Part shown: positions 1 to 11,777 of the stretch, one piece after another | Position numbering within the stretch: the stretch's first letter is position 1 | How the letters are laid out: each line of letters begins with the position of its first letter | NCBI GenBank assembly: GCA_028023455.1 | Contig: JAQFVV010000005.1 | Span: 12,338,001 to 12,402,000, forward strand | Direction of reading: 5' to 3' | Source of the DNA: Epiperipatus broadwayi | Taxonomy: Eukaryota > Animalia > Onychophora | DNA length: 64,000 nt | Notes under the pieces: model-generated | Told to the model about the DNA's origin: nothing | The model's input: the letters and a program-made list of their open reading frames with translations, nothing else | Database searches by the model: none | Made by a program: the position numbers and the translations under genes

Positions 1-2223
1 GTGATTCAATCTGAGAATCACCTAGATTATCATGGCTTTATAGAATTTAAACCAGTATAAAAATATTTTTTATGTACTTTATGAAATTTTTGTGAACTTT
101 TGGAACTCAAGACAATATTTCATATAAAAGGAAAACAAACAGAAACGAAACTTTTTAAATCATAATAATTTAGTTTATTAATAACAATAAAGAATAAAAA
201 TATTTATAAACAAAAATAAAAAAAATACTGGAACAAACATTGCCAAGATAGAGCTGGAATCTTTTAAAAACATTTTGACTCTCAAACTTTGTTTTGACTT
301 ACAAAATTATAACATTTTATCTGACAAAAGCTACTGAGTATTCCTCTTTATCTCTTTTTTTTAAACTGTTTATTTTAATAAACACACAAAACATAAATAA
401 ATAAATATAAGAGTAAGCAGAGGCTATTTGATATTAAACTCTAATCTCTTTAAAAAATTAGAGATTCTAAATCTTTTATACTTTAATTACAATGGTATGA
501 GTTTAACAAGCATAATTCTATTTTAATTGGCATATTTAATAATACTGTGGTGTCATTTAACAACCATAATAACACACTAATAGGTTGATATTTATTACCC
601 TAAGCTAAGAAAATGCTAAGCTGGGACTAGCATATACAGCATATATTTTAAATTATCATTAGTTACACTGACACTATTAAGATTATAGCTAGTGATGCAT
701 TTAAGTAAGACTAAGCTAACTTTAAATTAAATTAGATGCATGGGCCATTCATTCATCAGCAGTAATTTATACACATATTTCCAAAAATTCTGTCCACATA
801 AAATTATTAAACCAAATGTTTTCAAACTGAAATTTAAAAGACTTACAATTCCAGCAGTGAAAACTCTGGATGAACATATTAAACTACTTAGTATGTGTGA
901 ATTGCCACTTACAATTATATGCACAATCTACATACTTAAAATTAAATATAAATTATGGTTGGTTGGTTTGTGGATGATAAAACTATCATAACAGCACAAT
1001 TCAGACATTGATATACCTTTAAGCCTTAAAAATAGCTAAATACAACATGAAGCAAAGTTCCTCAAACAAACATATCTTGTCATTACATATCTAAAACAAA
1101 TGCAACATCACCTATTGTGGTGGAACTAGCATTAATACATCATGAGTGAGAGGCCAAAATAAATACATATATGCTCTGCAGAGCTGAACAACTTCCTAAG
1201 ACTGTGGTGGCTTCCAAAAATACCTATCTTTGAGGCAGAAAATAGGATGCCTGGACCTTATCTCAGCACATCAGGAACAGGGAAGATGCACCAGAAAAGT
1301 AGAATCTTTTCCATTGGGATCTAAACACTTTCAAAATATGTGATTACAATCACTAGAAATACAAACATCTGATATACAATAATCCTCAATGGGAATGAGC
1401 ATCATCACCCCATGGAAAAGCAATACAAGGATGGAGGACCTTGTCTATTCCATTAAGCATACTAATAATAATTAACAAAGCCTTGCTCTATGAGGCTAAC
1501 AAATACTAAACTAATAATGAGATATAAACATCACTTTAACTGACTAAGTCATCAATAAGAATTTTTAAAATACAACATGTATACTCAATGTCAGAACCAA
1601 CAATGCAAACTATATCAATTGACTAATATAAGAATTACTTAAAAATTAAATGCATATAAAATTCGAGGCAAAGATACAATGCACACATATAAAATATTAA
1701 ATATTAAAATATAGTGGCTAGTGGACATTTAAAAGATTGCGAATTAAATGCGAGAAAATATCTGTGGTTATTATTAATGTAGCATTTATAAAACAAATGA
1801 ATGAAAAACCCTCTGATAAACCTCTTTGGCTGATTTTAAATAAAACTGAGTGAAATACCACACATTTAAATAAGCTATGAATGAGATATTAAAATCTCCA
1901 GGGATAAAATTATTAAATATAGTTAACTTGTGAGACGTTTAACAAATATAACCATACTAATATGACCTGAGAATGGTAGAATATCAACTCATTCTAATAA
2001 ACCCATTAAGACTAAAATTATAACATTATTTTACCTGGCATATTTATATTAAATAGTATTACACATATTTAAAAAAATATATATAGCATAAATATTTTTT
2101 TCTGGTTTCTTTTTTTAAAACCAATAAAACACGCAAAATAAAAATACAATAACTTTAGTTCATAGCTTCAGCTTCCTCCATACCAGGTTTTCTGTTCAAA
2201 ACATTTATATAATTTATTGAATA

Positions 2224-2463
2224 CTATTTATCAGTTTGCCTGTTTACTTCATTTGATTCATATGCACCTGAAATTAAAGATTGATATATATTTATGTGTA
2301 CATTTTATATAGTGATCCTCTAGATATTTATTTGTCACATTTGAATTTGTATATATTTACTTGCCTCCCCTTGAACTATATTATTCCTACTTGAAGTGCA
2401 CATGAATAATTTTGTATTTGCTTTGGGTTCAAAGATAGTTCTTCCGTAAACCTTATTTTGCAT
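2224..2463 (-). CDS. Candidate 3' end of a spliced gene (exons 2463-2361 and 2267-2224), product unknown
   Basis: Donor GCAA|GTAAAT at 2360 and acceptor TTTAATTTCAG|G at 2268 define a 93-bp phase-1 intron. Splicing keeps the frame: MQNKVYGRTIFEPKANTKLFMCTSSRNNIVQGEASAYESNEVNRQTDK*. AATAAA lies just after the stop. No homology recognised. Confidence 0.3.
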
Positions 2464-4345
2464 TGTACATGGGATAAAATGTTATTTAGTATCATTTTGT
2501 TTTTAAAATGGTGTAAGATTAGATGGACAGTGTATAGATCTAATTTTGTGATGGCCTGCATGGTATGAATATGTATAATAAAGTTAAGTGTTTTTGTTTT
2601 TGCTTGTTTTTATATAAAAGTGAAATATATATGTGTGCACATGTTAAGTTAGAACACACGTAATAGAATTATATAAATAACAGAGTATTTGATAGTCTCC
2701 AGAGATGATAGTTTTATAACATAAAGTTTCATTAATATTAATCCTCAGACATGCTAGATGCTAATATACAAAAAAGGCACAATTACAAGTGAATTACATT
2801 TGGATTTGAAGTGTTAAATCTGTTTTAACATTTATTTGCAATATATATATATATTATTTTTTCTAAAACCCTTTTCAAGCTTTAAAATGTAGGCTACTGT
2901 CCCTGCAATTATCATAAAATGGCACATCTAATAACATACCTATTTCTTTATATATTTAAATTTTTTATTCTCCATCTAACTATACCTTTTATTATTAAAA
3001 CTATTGTTCTGTGCAATATTTACTACTATAACACCCATTAGTCTTTATAATATATTAATCCCATATTTTGTGCAAATAAATGGACATAAAAACCTTTGTC
3101 CAATTTTTTAGTATATTCTATTACCTTTCCGATTTATGTTATCACTTGTTCTTTAAACTCAAAACTATGTTGATTACTCTATTACTACACATAATATGCA
3201 GTCTACCAAACAATTTCTATTTGCTTTTTATATTTCTTAGGTAAAAATTCTATCAATTTCTCTTTCTTTCCCTTCAAACTGCTTTCCAAATCTTTTCTAG
3301 AATATCCAACATTCATTCACTAACGCATCATTCCAATGCATTAATTCTGATTAGAAACTCCATTAAAATTCTTGCTACATCATATTTATTTTATAAAAAT
3401 ATTGATAATTTATTTATCAGTTCATTTTTCCTTTGCAACAATTATTAATTTTATTTCTCAATCACTTGAATAATTCTTTTCACTATTCAAAATGATTATC
3501 AGTTATTTACATCTATTTATCACCTTCGTGTTTATATCTCACAAAAAAAACTTTATTTTTTCTTTTTCCAACATTTATTATTCTTATTTTCGATTTTTCT
3601 TTCTTAAATTTAATCTCCATTTTTATTCTCCTTGGTATAAGCTTCTAAAAGTATTTATATATTTTTCCTATATAAGAAATATTAGCAAAAATAAGACTCA
3701 TTAATACGTAGTACTACGTTATCCATTTACAAAATTTTTATACTTCCCTTAATTTTTTTTGGTCAAGCACACTTTTCTTAAATATAAAAAAATAAAACAA
3801 GCATCACAGGATACCCTTACCTCAATCTAATCTCATGTTTAACATACTAATTGTCCCTACATTTTCTAACTTAATATACAACAATCATTTTTATATAATC
3901 TAATCAAGTCCACTAATATTCCAACCATTTCCAAATTTAATATAATTTTCCCTCGAATTATTACACTTGTCTACTACTAAAAAAGCAGAACTATAAATTT
4001 AGACCTAACATAATTAAACCACTAATCAGAAAATAGTAGACAATTCAGTAAGCATGTACAAATATAAATACATCCCAACTATAATCAATAAATATTCAAA
4101 ACAAGACTAACATTACTGTATAATAACATAATGAGATTTAAACAAGAATGAATTAAAAGTGTTATATCTTCACAGAGAAAGCGGAAGATTTTTTTGATGG
4201 ACAGATTAAATGAGTTCAGGAAATTACAATAGTTTGAATATTAAAGATTTTAAAACTTCTCATTCGATAATTTAATATACAAAATTAACAAAACGTATGA
4301 CACACTTGAATGTGAAGCTATCAAGATACACAGAAATTATTACAC

Positions 4346-4384
4346 GCTAAGTGCTTTCAAGGCCTTTTGCCTCATATTCATAGC
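4346..4384 (-). ncRNA. Minimal hammerhead-like motif, A3-U8 core variant (decayed)
   Basis: Minus strand reads GCU AUGAAUA U GAGGC AAAAG GCCUU GAAA GCAC UU AGC. Stems I and II pair; stem III and the cleavage site carry transitions relative to the 43339 copy. Confidence 0.55.
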
Positions 4385-4399
4385 AGTACTAATGAAAAC

Positions 4400-5750
4400 A
4401 TATAGGTAAATATAACATTTAGTTAGATTATGTGGAAAAATAAACAAATATGATGAAGAAAAAGATAATAAAAGTTAATAGAGATTTTATTTTGAAAAAT
4501 TTTAATACCACTGGGTAAATGTGTAGAGGATATAATTCAAGTTCATAATTATAAAGAGTGGAAAAATTCGAAAAATATTTTTATTAAATAAAAAATTAAT
4601 ATAAATTTTAAAAAAAATCGGGGTTAATAAGAATGAAAAACATATATAATATAAAGACATCTCTAATACTATGGGATTTTATTTGGTACAAAGATATGTA
4701 TATTGGATAATAAAGAAACCAGATATAATTGGTCATAAGTTTCGATTATGATTATTTATTCATGAATGGAAAAAAATAAATAAATAAACATTTATCTTTG
4801 AAGTGTGAACAAAGTTGAAGAAAGTCATAAAATAAAGTTTTTTTTTTGGCTTTTGATTTAAATATTTGTAATAAAAATGTTGAATATGGAGAAAAAGCTT
4901 TGAAATTAATAAAATATCTTTTATTTAAATGGAATTCAAAAAAATCTATCAATACCAGAAGATTGATTTAGTGATTGTAGTTTGATGAAAATGATAGTAA
5001 GTCTTGTAAATAAACAAATTTTTGTGTTATATAATGATTTTAAAGAAAGAACACGTTAATTTGGCTAACAATTTTTGAAAAATGGATTATACACAGGAAG
5101 TTTTGATTTCATTTAACAAGAAGCCATTTTATATTACATCAAATTAAATATAATAAATATAAAGTATATATAATAATTTGGAAAAGGTGATAGTTAACTG
5201 CTGAGTCTATTGTTCAAAGCTATACATTTTTGTTATTATTAGTAATAATATTGTTTATATGTATTAAGAATAAAAATTGAGAAGATAGTTACACTAAATA
5301 TTTTTATATTTTTAAAGAATATAGTCACTGTGAAATTATCCCAATTCAAGAGAATTGTACCCTCAAATAATGGAACAATGTTATCAATATAGGATTCAAA
5401 TTATAATAAAACTGACAAATGAAATAGTAATAAAAGAAAATAAATAGCAATATTATAAAAAAGCTAATTGGAAAACTAGTTAGGTAAATCAGATTGTTTT
5501 CAATGAGAACAGCAATCAGTATATGTTGTATTCCACTTGAGATGGGAGAACAGATAACAGGAGACAAATTTCAGATGTTCAAACAATTCTCAGACATTGA
5601 ACATACATTTTGTAGTAGAATATAGTGAGCATACTCAAATCTAATTCAGGAAGCTGCTAGCAACAGTTATCACTGCATATGAAGCAAGTCACCAATAGAC
5701 TGGAAATGTTAGGATCATAAAGGAAAATCACAGCATTCTTTTCCAAATAC
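4400..5750 (+). mobile_element. Highly decayed Penelope-like remnant
   Basis: Stop- and frameshift-riddled similarity to PLE RT motifs B/C (~4660-4770), thumb (~4780-4950) and GIY-YIG C-terminus (RI-SEH...HQIDW / NVRII at ~5620-5730). Confidence 0.3.
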
Positions 5751-5920
5751 TAGCTATACTGCTAGCAACCAGACTTTTCATTGCTTTACCAACTATAACT
5801 GAGATAAATCATTGTATGTAAACATTGTATTAAATGCTGTCTGATATATAATCAAAATATTCTAAAATAAATACTAAAAAATTTCATATGTCTATATAAA
5901 ATACAAATAATTTTTTTTAT

Positions 5921-6439
5921 ATAGCCAGCTTATGACATTTTCTGCCATCTTGAATAGCAATCAACCATTAAAATTTAATCAACTAAAAATAAAATTCCTA
6001 CGTGAATGGACAACTTTCCACAAATTATTAATACTAACACAATTACAATGTTTATTGAACACATTGTCTGTAATATGTATAAAATATGACTATTTCATTT
6101 TTCTTTTCTTCAAGTCATTTTCCATATGTAAAACAAAAGCACTATCAAAGAAGAAATCTCCATTACAAATCACTGCATGCTTTGCAAAAACAGATTTATT
6201 TCTGCTTTGATATTATTTTTGATTTACAAGTAGAAAATGATTGGAAAAAAAATTAAAGGGTCATATTTTATAAATATTACAGACAATGTGTTGAATAAAC
6301 AATATAATTGTGAGAGTATTCATAATTTGTGGAAAGTTGGCCATTCACGTGGGAATGTTAGTTATGTGATTTTAATGAGATTTAAATTTTAATGATTGAT
6401 TGCTACTCAAGATGGTGGAAAATGTTATAAACTGGCTAT
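5921..6439. repeat. Fold-back element: ~170-180 bp inverted arms with ~170 bp spacer
   Basis: 5921-6090 is the diverged reverse complement of 6260-6439 (e.g. TGGACAACTTTCCACAAATT vs AATTTGTGGAAAGTTGGCCA; AACACATTGTCTGTAATAT vs ATATTACAGACAATGTGTT). Confidence 0.85.
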
Positions 6440-8208
6440 AGCAAAGATTTTATTTGTATTTTATGTAGGCATATGAAATTCTTTAGGATTTATTTTAGAA
6501 TATTCAGATTATTATATTTATTTTGTTTGATATTACTTATATATATATGTTGACCGGTTTCTAATAGTTATATATAAATATATTGTATTATTAATTCACA
6601 TAATAAGTATCTATATTTATTTACAACATGCACATTTACATTATTGTTTTAAACTTGAGCACACACTATAAAAAATGTATTCACTCATTTATAGAAAAAA
6701 AAGTATTTATTTATATATAAAAAGACATGTACTAGGCTCATATATTGAGATGGAGTTTTGTTATCTCAATATTTAAGTGCAAAATTTTGTGTTGACCAAG
6801 AACAAGCTTAAATTCAAATTTATATTTTGTTTGTATAGGTGTGGTATGACATATATATTTACACACATTAGTAAATTTGTGTTTATAATGCTGGTTCAGT
6901 TTATTTAGTTGGAAAAAAAAATTTTTTTAATGTGTACTTTGAAACTGGAATTTTTTATAAATCTGGAAAAGATTTTTTATGTTACAGGAAACAATACTTA
7001 ATCTGAAAATTATTATCAATTCTTAATTACTTCATTTTATTAATTAAAACTCTTAAGAAAATCAATTTTTTTTCTTTCATTGACTATTGCTCCTTATTTT
7101 AAAGTACTGTATTGTTATCTGTAAAATTCCAGACTGATCTAATTAAAAATATGTAAATCCATTAATTAAAAATTGCTAGCTTATCTGGGTTTAAAATTTT
7201 AATCACTGTTTTGCTAATTAAAGAAAATTCTTGAGTTGCTAATTAATTAACTTACAGTCTATAAAAAGACCAGCTGAAAATTATATTATTACTTATTCAT
7301 GCTCATTCAGCCTTATTGTTCCAATCTGGTTTACAATATAATTTCAATGATTCTGAGTTACCGGCTATATGATGAATTTGAAACTTTTTCCAGTGATTGT
7401 GTTTAAAAATATTGCTGCTAAAACATCAGAAAATGAACTCTTCCCCAGCATGAAACCATAGCCATTGCATTGCCTTGTCTGCTAACTGACCAACAACATA
7501 AGTCAATTAGTACCATCAGATACCATAGAAGAAATGCACTTCTTCCTTCTTAATGAAGCAGTTCTCAGACTAATACCAGATCAATGAAACCAAGAAAAAT
7601 GATACAGGAACTACTATTTACATATCTGTGGGCATATGTGTTTATATAAGTCAATCTATTTTCATTTTTCTGGAAAGTAGTAGCTCTTGACTGATTCTGC
7701 TTTGACTTAAGGAAAAACTTTTCACATGAATTGTTTTGTTAAAACATTATCAATAAGCCAGTGATATATAAGAATGGATATATGTACTAATTATACATAT
7801 ATATATATTGTAACCATATGTTTAAGCCCCTAATGATTTAAATATAATTAATAATAATTTTAAAAAAAAAATAAAACTAAGCTTGTTCTCAGTTAATTTG
7901 TTCCAATTAAGTTATATAGATACCAGTTAAATGTTTCAATTGTCAATAAAATTTAGTTAAACATACTCGTTAACAATGATTTAAAAAATTATTTAGTTTA
8001 TTGGTAAATGCTTAGAATTTTAATTTAAGTCTAAACTGAAGTAAATATTACCTTAGGGTCTATTGTTTTAAAGTAGTCATATTAATCAAATTTATATAGA
8101 TGTTTACCAGTTATATCTTATTAAATATATTAAAGTTTTATTTTGGCTTATTTAGAAGTAAAATGCCTTTAAAAATAATATTTACAATAATATTCAATAA
8201 ACAAAGCA

Positions 8209-8430
8209 AAGCAAAACTCCATATAGTAGTGCCACCTGTGCTAAACAGAGTAATCAATAGATGCCAGAAGACTTGTGCATAAAATCCCTATCTAATGCCT
8301 ACTCATCCAATATCCCCAGAATAGTTTCTGGCTTGTGGCCTTTGTCAGTGAGGAGCTTTGGATCTGAGAGCACTGCATCTAGATCTTAGGATCTAATGCA
8401 ACCCTCTAGCAACCACCTTTTATCTCTACT
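8209..8430 (-). mobile_element. Short non-coding HHR-bearing repeat, family H1, copy 1
   Basis: CAAAACTCCATATAGTAGTGCCACC...TAATGCCTACTCATCCAATATCCCCAGA is shared with 11510-11777 and 63577-63786. Confidence 0.75.
8313..8354 (-). ncRNA. Minimal type-I hammerhead motif (H1), two point mutations
   Basis: UCCUCA CUGACAA A GGC CACAA GCC A GAAAC UA UUC UGGGGA. Stem I is 6 bp. Copy 11630 restores CUGACGA and GAAACUAGUC. Confidence 0.6.
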
Positions 8431-11087
8431 TAACTACAAAACTATGAGCATGAAATTGAAAACACAAAAAATATTTTCAATCTAAGCTCAATAGCTGGTT
8501 TAATATTTAATAAAGTGTTGATTGTTTAGATAGTCATCAAGTGAAAATAATTTGGATTTGATAAGTTTGTTAGCTAGTTCAACTTTATTATATTTTAAAA
8601 TAAATTAGTATTTCCTGAAATACATGTGTGTGAAGTTTAAGAGTGTGCATGTAAAATAAAACTGGGAATTAATAAAAGCATTATTTTAAGAATGCAAATA
8701 TTTTATAACAGTATTAAATAGCAATAATATTAAAAAAAAACTTTTAATAAAATAATGGTAATAAATATTTTAAAAGATATTTAAGTAATAAAGTGTTATA
8801 AAATAAATGTATTATTTTATTAAGTTAAATAACTTCTTAAAAATAATTATGCAACAAGTCTAGATAACCATTTGCTTTAAAAGTTTCTTTAAAAAGGTCA
8901 AGATTAATTAATTAAAAAGGTCAACTTTATGCTAGTGTTGAATGTTCTACCTCCAGTATTTAAAATTTGATTGGATAATGGTATACTACATGAGAATAAT
9001 GTGGCAAAAATACCCGTGCACACTCATAAAAGAAGTTTTAAAATAAAGTTTGTGTTGAAAATTTTTAAAAAAGTGACAGTAAAAAAAAATTAAATTAATT
9101 AGTTTTTACTGTTATTTGTCTCTTTTTATTTTTCAAATTAAATTATCTGAATGAAGGAATAAGAAGCTAAAAATTATCCTTGTATTACTCTTCTATGGTG
9201 TATATTAAATCATGCATTTAATGATAATCATGAAAGGACGCTAAATTCAATTAATTAAAGAAATGATAAAAACATTGGAACTGAAAAATTATCAGAAGCT
9301 GATAAAACATCAGATGAGAATGCATTTTACCTTATCATAAAATTATTTATTCATTTGAACTTTTGGTTATTACTCATTAATTCTAAAATGTATCATATAT
9401 ATATATTTAAACTAACAACAAATCCAACAAGCACTTTAATGTACATATTATGACTTCAATAATTCTATCTTTGAAACAAATATTATATTGAATATTGTTA
9501 GTAAAAGCTTGCAGTTTTTGTTATGAATAAAATTTTAAAGCTGTATATTTCTTTTATTTTAAACTGAAAAAAAATAAAAATGAATTATTTTCAAATTTTA
9601 ACCAACTTAAAACAAAAAAAAAAAAATGTCATGTTTTCAAAATACTTTTTATAAATCTAATAGAGAAAAGCTATTAAAATTGACTCTAAAATAATTAAAA
9701 ATAAGATTTTGATATTTTTTATTTTTCAGCCAATGTCAATAAAAGATATCAAGTATCCAGAAATAATATACATGTTGATTGTTGGTTTATTTTTGCAAGA
9801 CAACTAAAGAAAATGTAGTTCAAACCCATTTTCAGCTTAAAAATTAATTAAGCAATGAAAAACTTATAATAGAATTATTTAACTATTCATTAGTCTGCTC
9901 TTAACTTCATCAACACATTGTTAATGAGTGTATAATGAGTGTATTCTAGCCACAGACAATATTTAAGGGATTCCTAATATGAACTGTAATATGTGTGTAT
10001 GCATTTCTTTTAGGCCATTATAATAAAAGACTTATAGCATTTCAGATAAGAAAACAATAAAATGGACTCTTTGTTAAAGAGGAATTAATTCTCATTATGG
10101 AAAGAACTTTAAATTCTTTTGGTTAATTTAACAGTAAAAGACTTTAGCATATATGTTTTATAAATTTAAAATTTGTTTTTGGTATTAAGTAATTCTGATT
10201 TTTATATTGTAAGATTATTTCTTTAATGTTTTATATAATATTATGGGGATATTTGTGAGTATGAATAGTACTGTAACTCAGAATATTCTCTTCATTTTGA
10301 AGGGTTCTTTAATTTTATTAGTTATGTGATACTGGTCCATATCTCTTTCTTTATCCAGTATATATAGCTATTGCCAATACATAATGAAAACATATCAACT
10401 TCTGCTTTTTTTCCTTACTGTTTTTCTTTCTTCGTTTTTGCTTCATTTTATCTGATAATTATCACTAATCAATTGTTTTTCTTTTTTTGTTTTAACTTTA
10501 TTTAAATTTGGAAATTGCCATTAATCAATTATTTTTCAATAAAATATTATATTATTGGATTTAACTTTAGTTAGACTATTAAATTGATTTACAAAAAAAA
10601 AAAAATTTATAGTACAAAAATTGTTTCCGATATTTGGAGACTCATGTCTATTTTGACCGCATACAATTTTATTACAATATTCTTTTTTATTTCTTCTATA
10701 AGAAGATAAAAATTGTTTATAATATTCTTATATGCTAATATTCATTAACTACTCAATACAATTGCAATTTTGCAAGTGTTTTTAATAAATCACTTTTATA
10801 AATAAAAAATATAAGTATTACATCATTTTATCTAAATTACATAATCCGTTTTAACTAATTACACATTGTCAATTAAAAGAATCTCTTTTCATCACTTTTA
10901 TATTGGTTTTTAAAAATGTTTGGTATCTCTATATGAGTATAACTTGGTTTATATTTGGCTAGGTTTATATTACTGCAATACATACAAAGAAATAAATTTA
11001 TTCTATGGTTATAGTTTCACTTTATGTATATGATTATAGCTTAATTCAATGTATATGATATTCATTAATTATATATATATATATACG

Positions 11088-11185
11088 ACCATCATAATTT
11101 ATATCCATATTAATCCACTGCAGGATGAAAAATGTCTCTCTGTAAATCTAATCTAATTTTTCCAGTCCATAGTCTATCTTCTCCA
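11088..11185 (-). mobile_element. RTE 3'-end fragment
   Basis: Reverse complement TTCATCCTGCAGTGGATT...GATGAT matches the 3' end of the RTE at 15764-15808. Confidence 0.5.
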
Positions 11186-11259
11186 TAACAGACCACCAAA
11201 TTTCCCAAAGTGACTATTGTTAAATAATTGTACTGCCTTCTACCTACTGTTCAATAATA

Positions 11260-11287
11260 TATGCAATATGAGTACTCATATTGCATA
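11260..11287. repeat. Perfect 28-bp palindrome
   Basis: TATGCAATATGAGT|ACTCATATTGCATA, further flanked by ACCTACT / AGTAGGT. Confidence 0.9.
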
Positions 11288-11509
11288 AAATGTAGTAGGT
11301 TATAGCTAAAGAACATAATTTCTCTTACAGAATACTCTCCATAATTACATATAATTATACATGTATATAAAAGGAAAAACTAGACAAAAATATGAACACA
11401 CATATATAGCTATTGAGTATGTAAATTGTAAATGCACAAAACAATGATCAAAGAAATGATCACATTTCAAATTATAACTTGTTCATAATGTTGTCTTTGC
11501 AATGTAATG

Positions 11510-11777
11510 TATAAACAAGGCAAAACTCTCCATACAGTAGTGCCACCCTGTGCCAACCAGAGTAATCAATGAATGAAATGCGAGAAGGCTTGTGCATAAA
11601 ATCCCCATCTAATGCCTACTCATCCAATATCCCCAGACTAGTTTCTGGCTTGTGGCCTTCGTCAGCCAGAAACTAGTCTGGGGATATTGGATGAGTAGGC
11701 ATTAGATAGAGATCTTATGCACAAGCCTTCTGGCATTCATTGATTACTCTGGTTGGCACAGGGTGGCACTACTGTAT
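11510..11777. mobile_element. H1 copy 2: fold-back (arms 11510-11650 and 11664-11777, right arm resumes at 16026)
   Basis: Near-perfect ~140-bp inverted repeat with a 13-nt loop TGTGGCCTTCGTC. Confidence 0.9.
11630..11665 (-). ncRNA. Hammerhead core with intact conserved nucleotides (H1); 5' strand of stem I lost at the inversion
   Basis: CUGACGA A GGC CACAA GCC A GAAAC UA GUC UGGGGA, with self-complementary stem III ACUAGU and a GUC cleavage triplet. Confidence 0.65.

Noticed and set aside
740-991. Host protein ORF
   Set aside because: At most a faint LINE RT remnant (TLDEHIK); not supportable as a gene.
2720-2754. CUGAGGA...GAAAC motif (minus strand)
   Set aside because: Stem II is marginal AT-only pairing and there is no stem I partner or NUH site.
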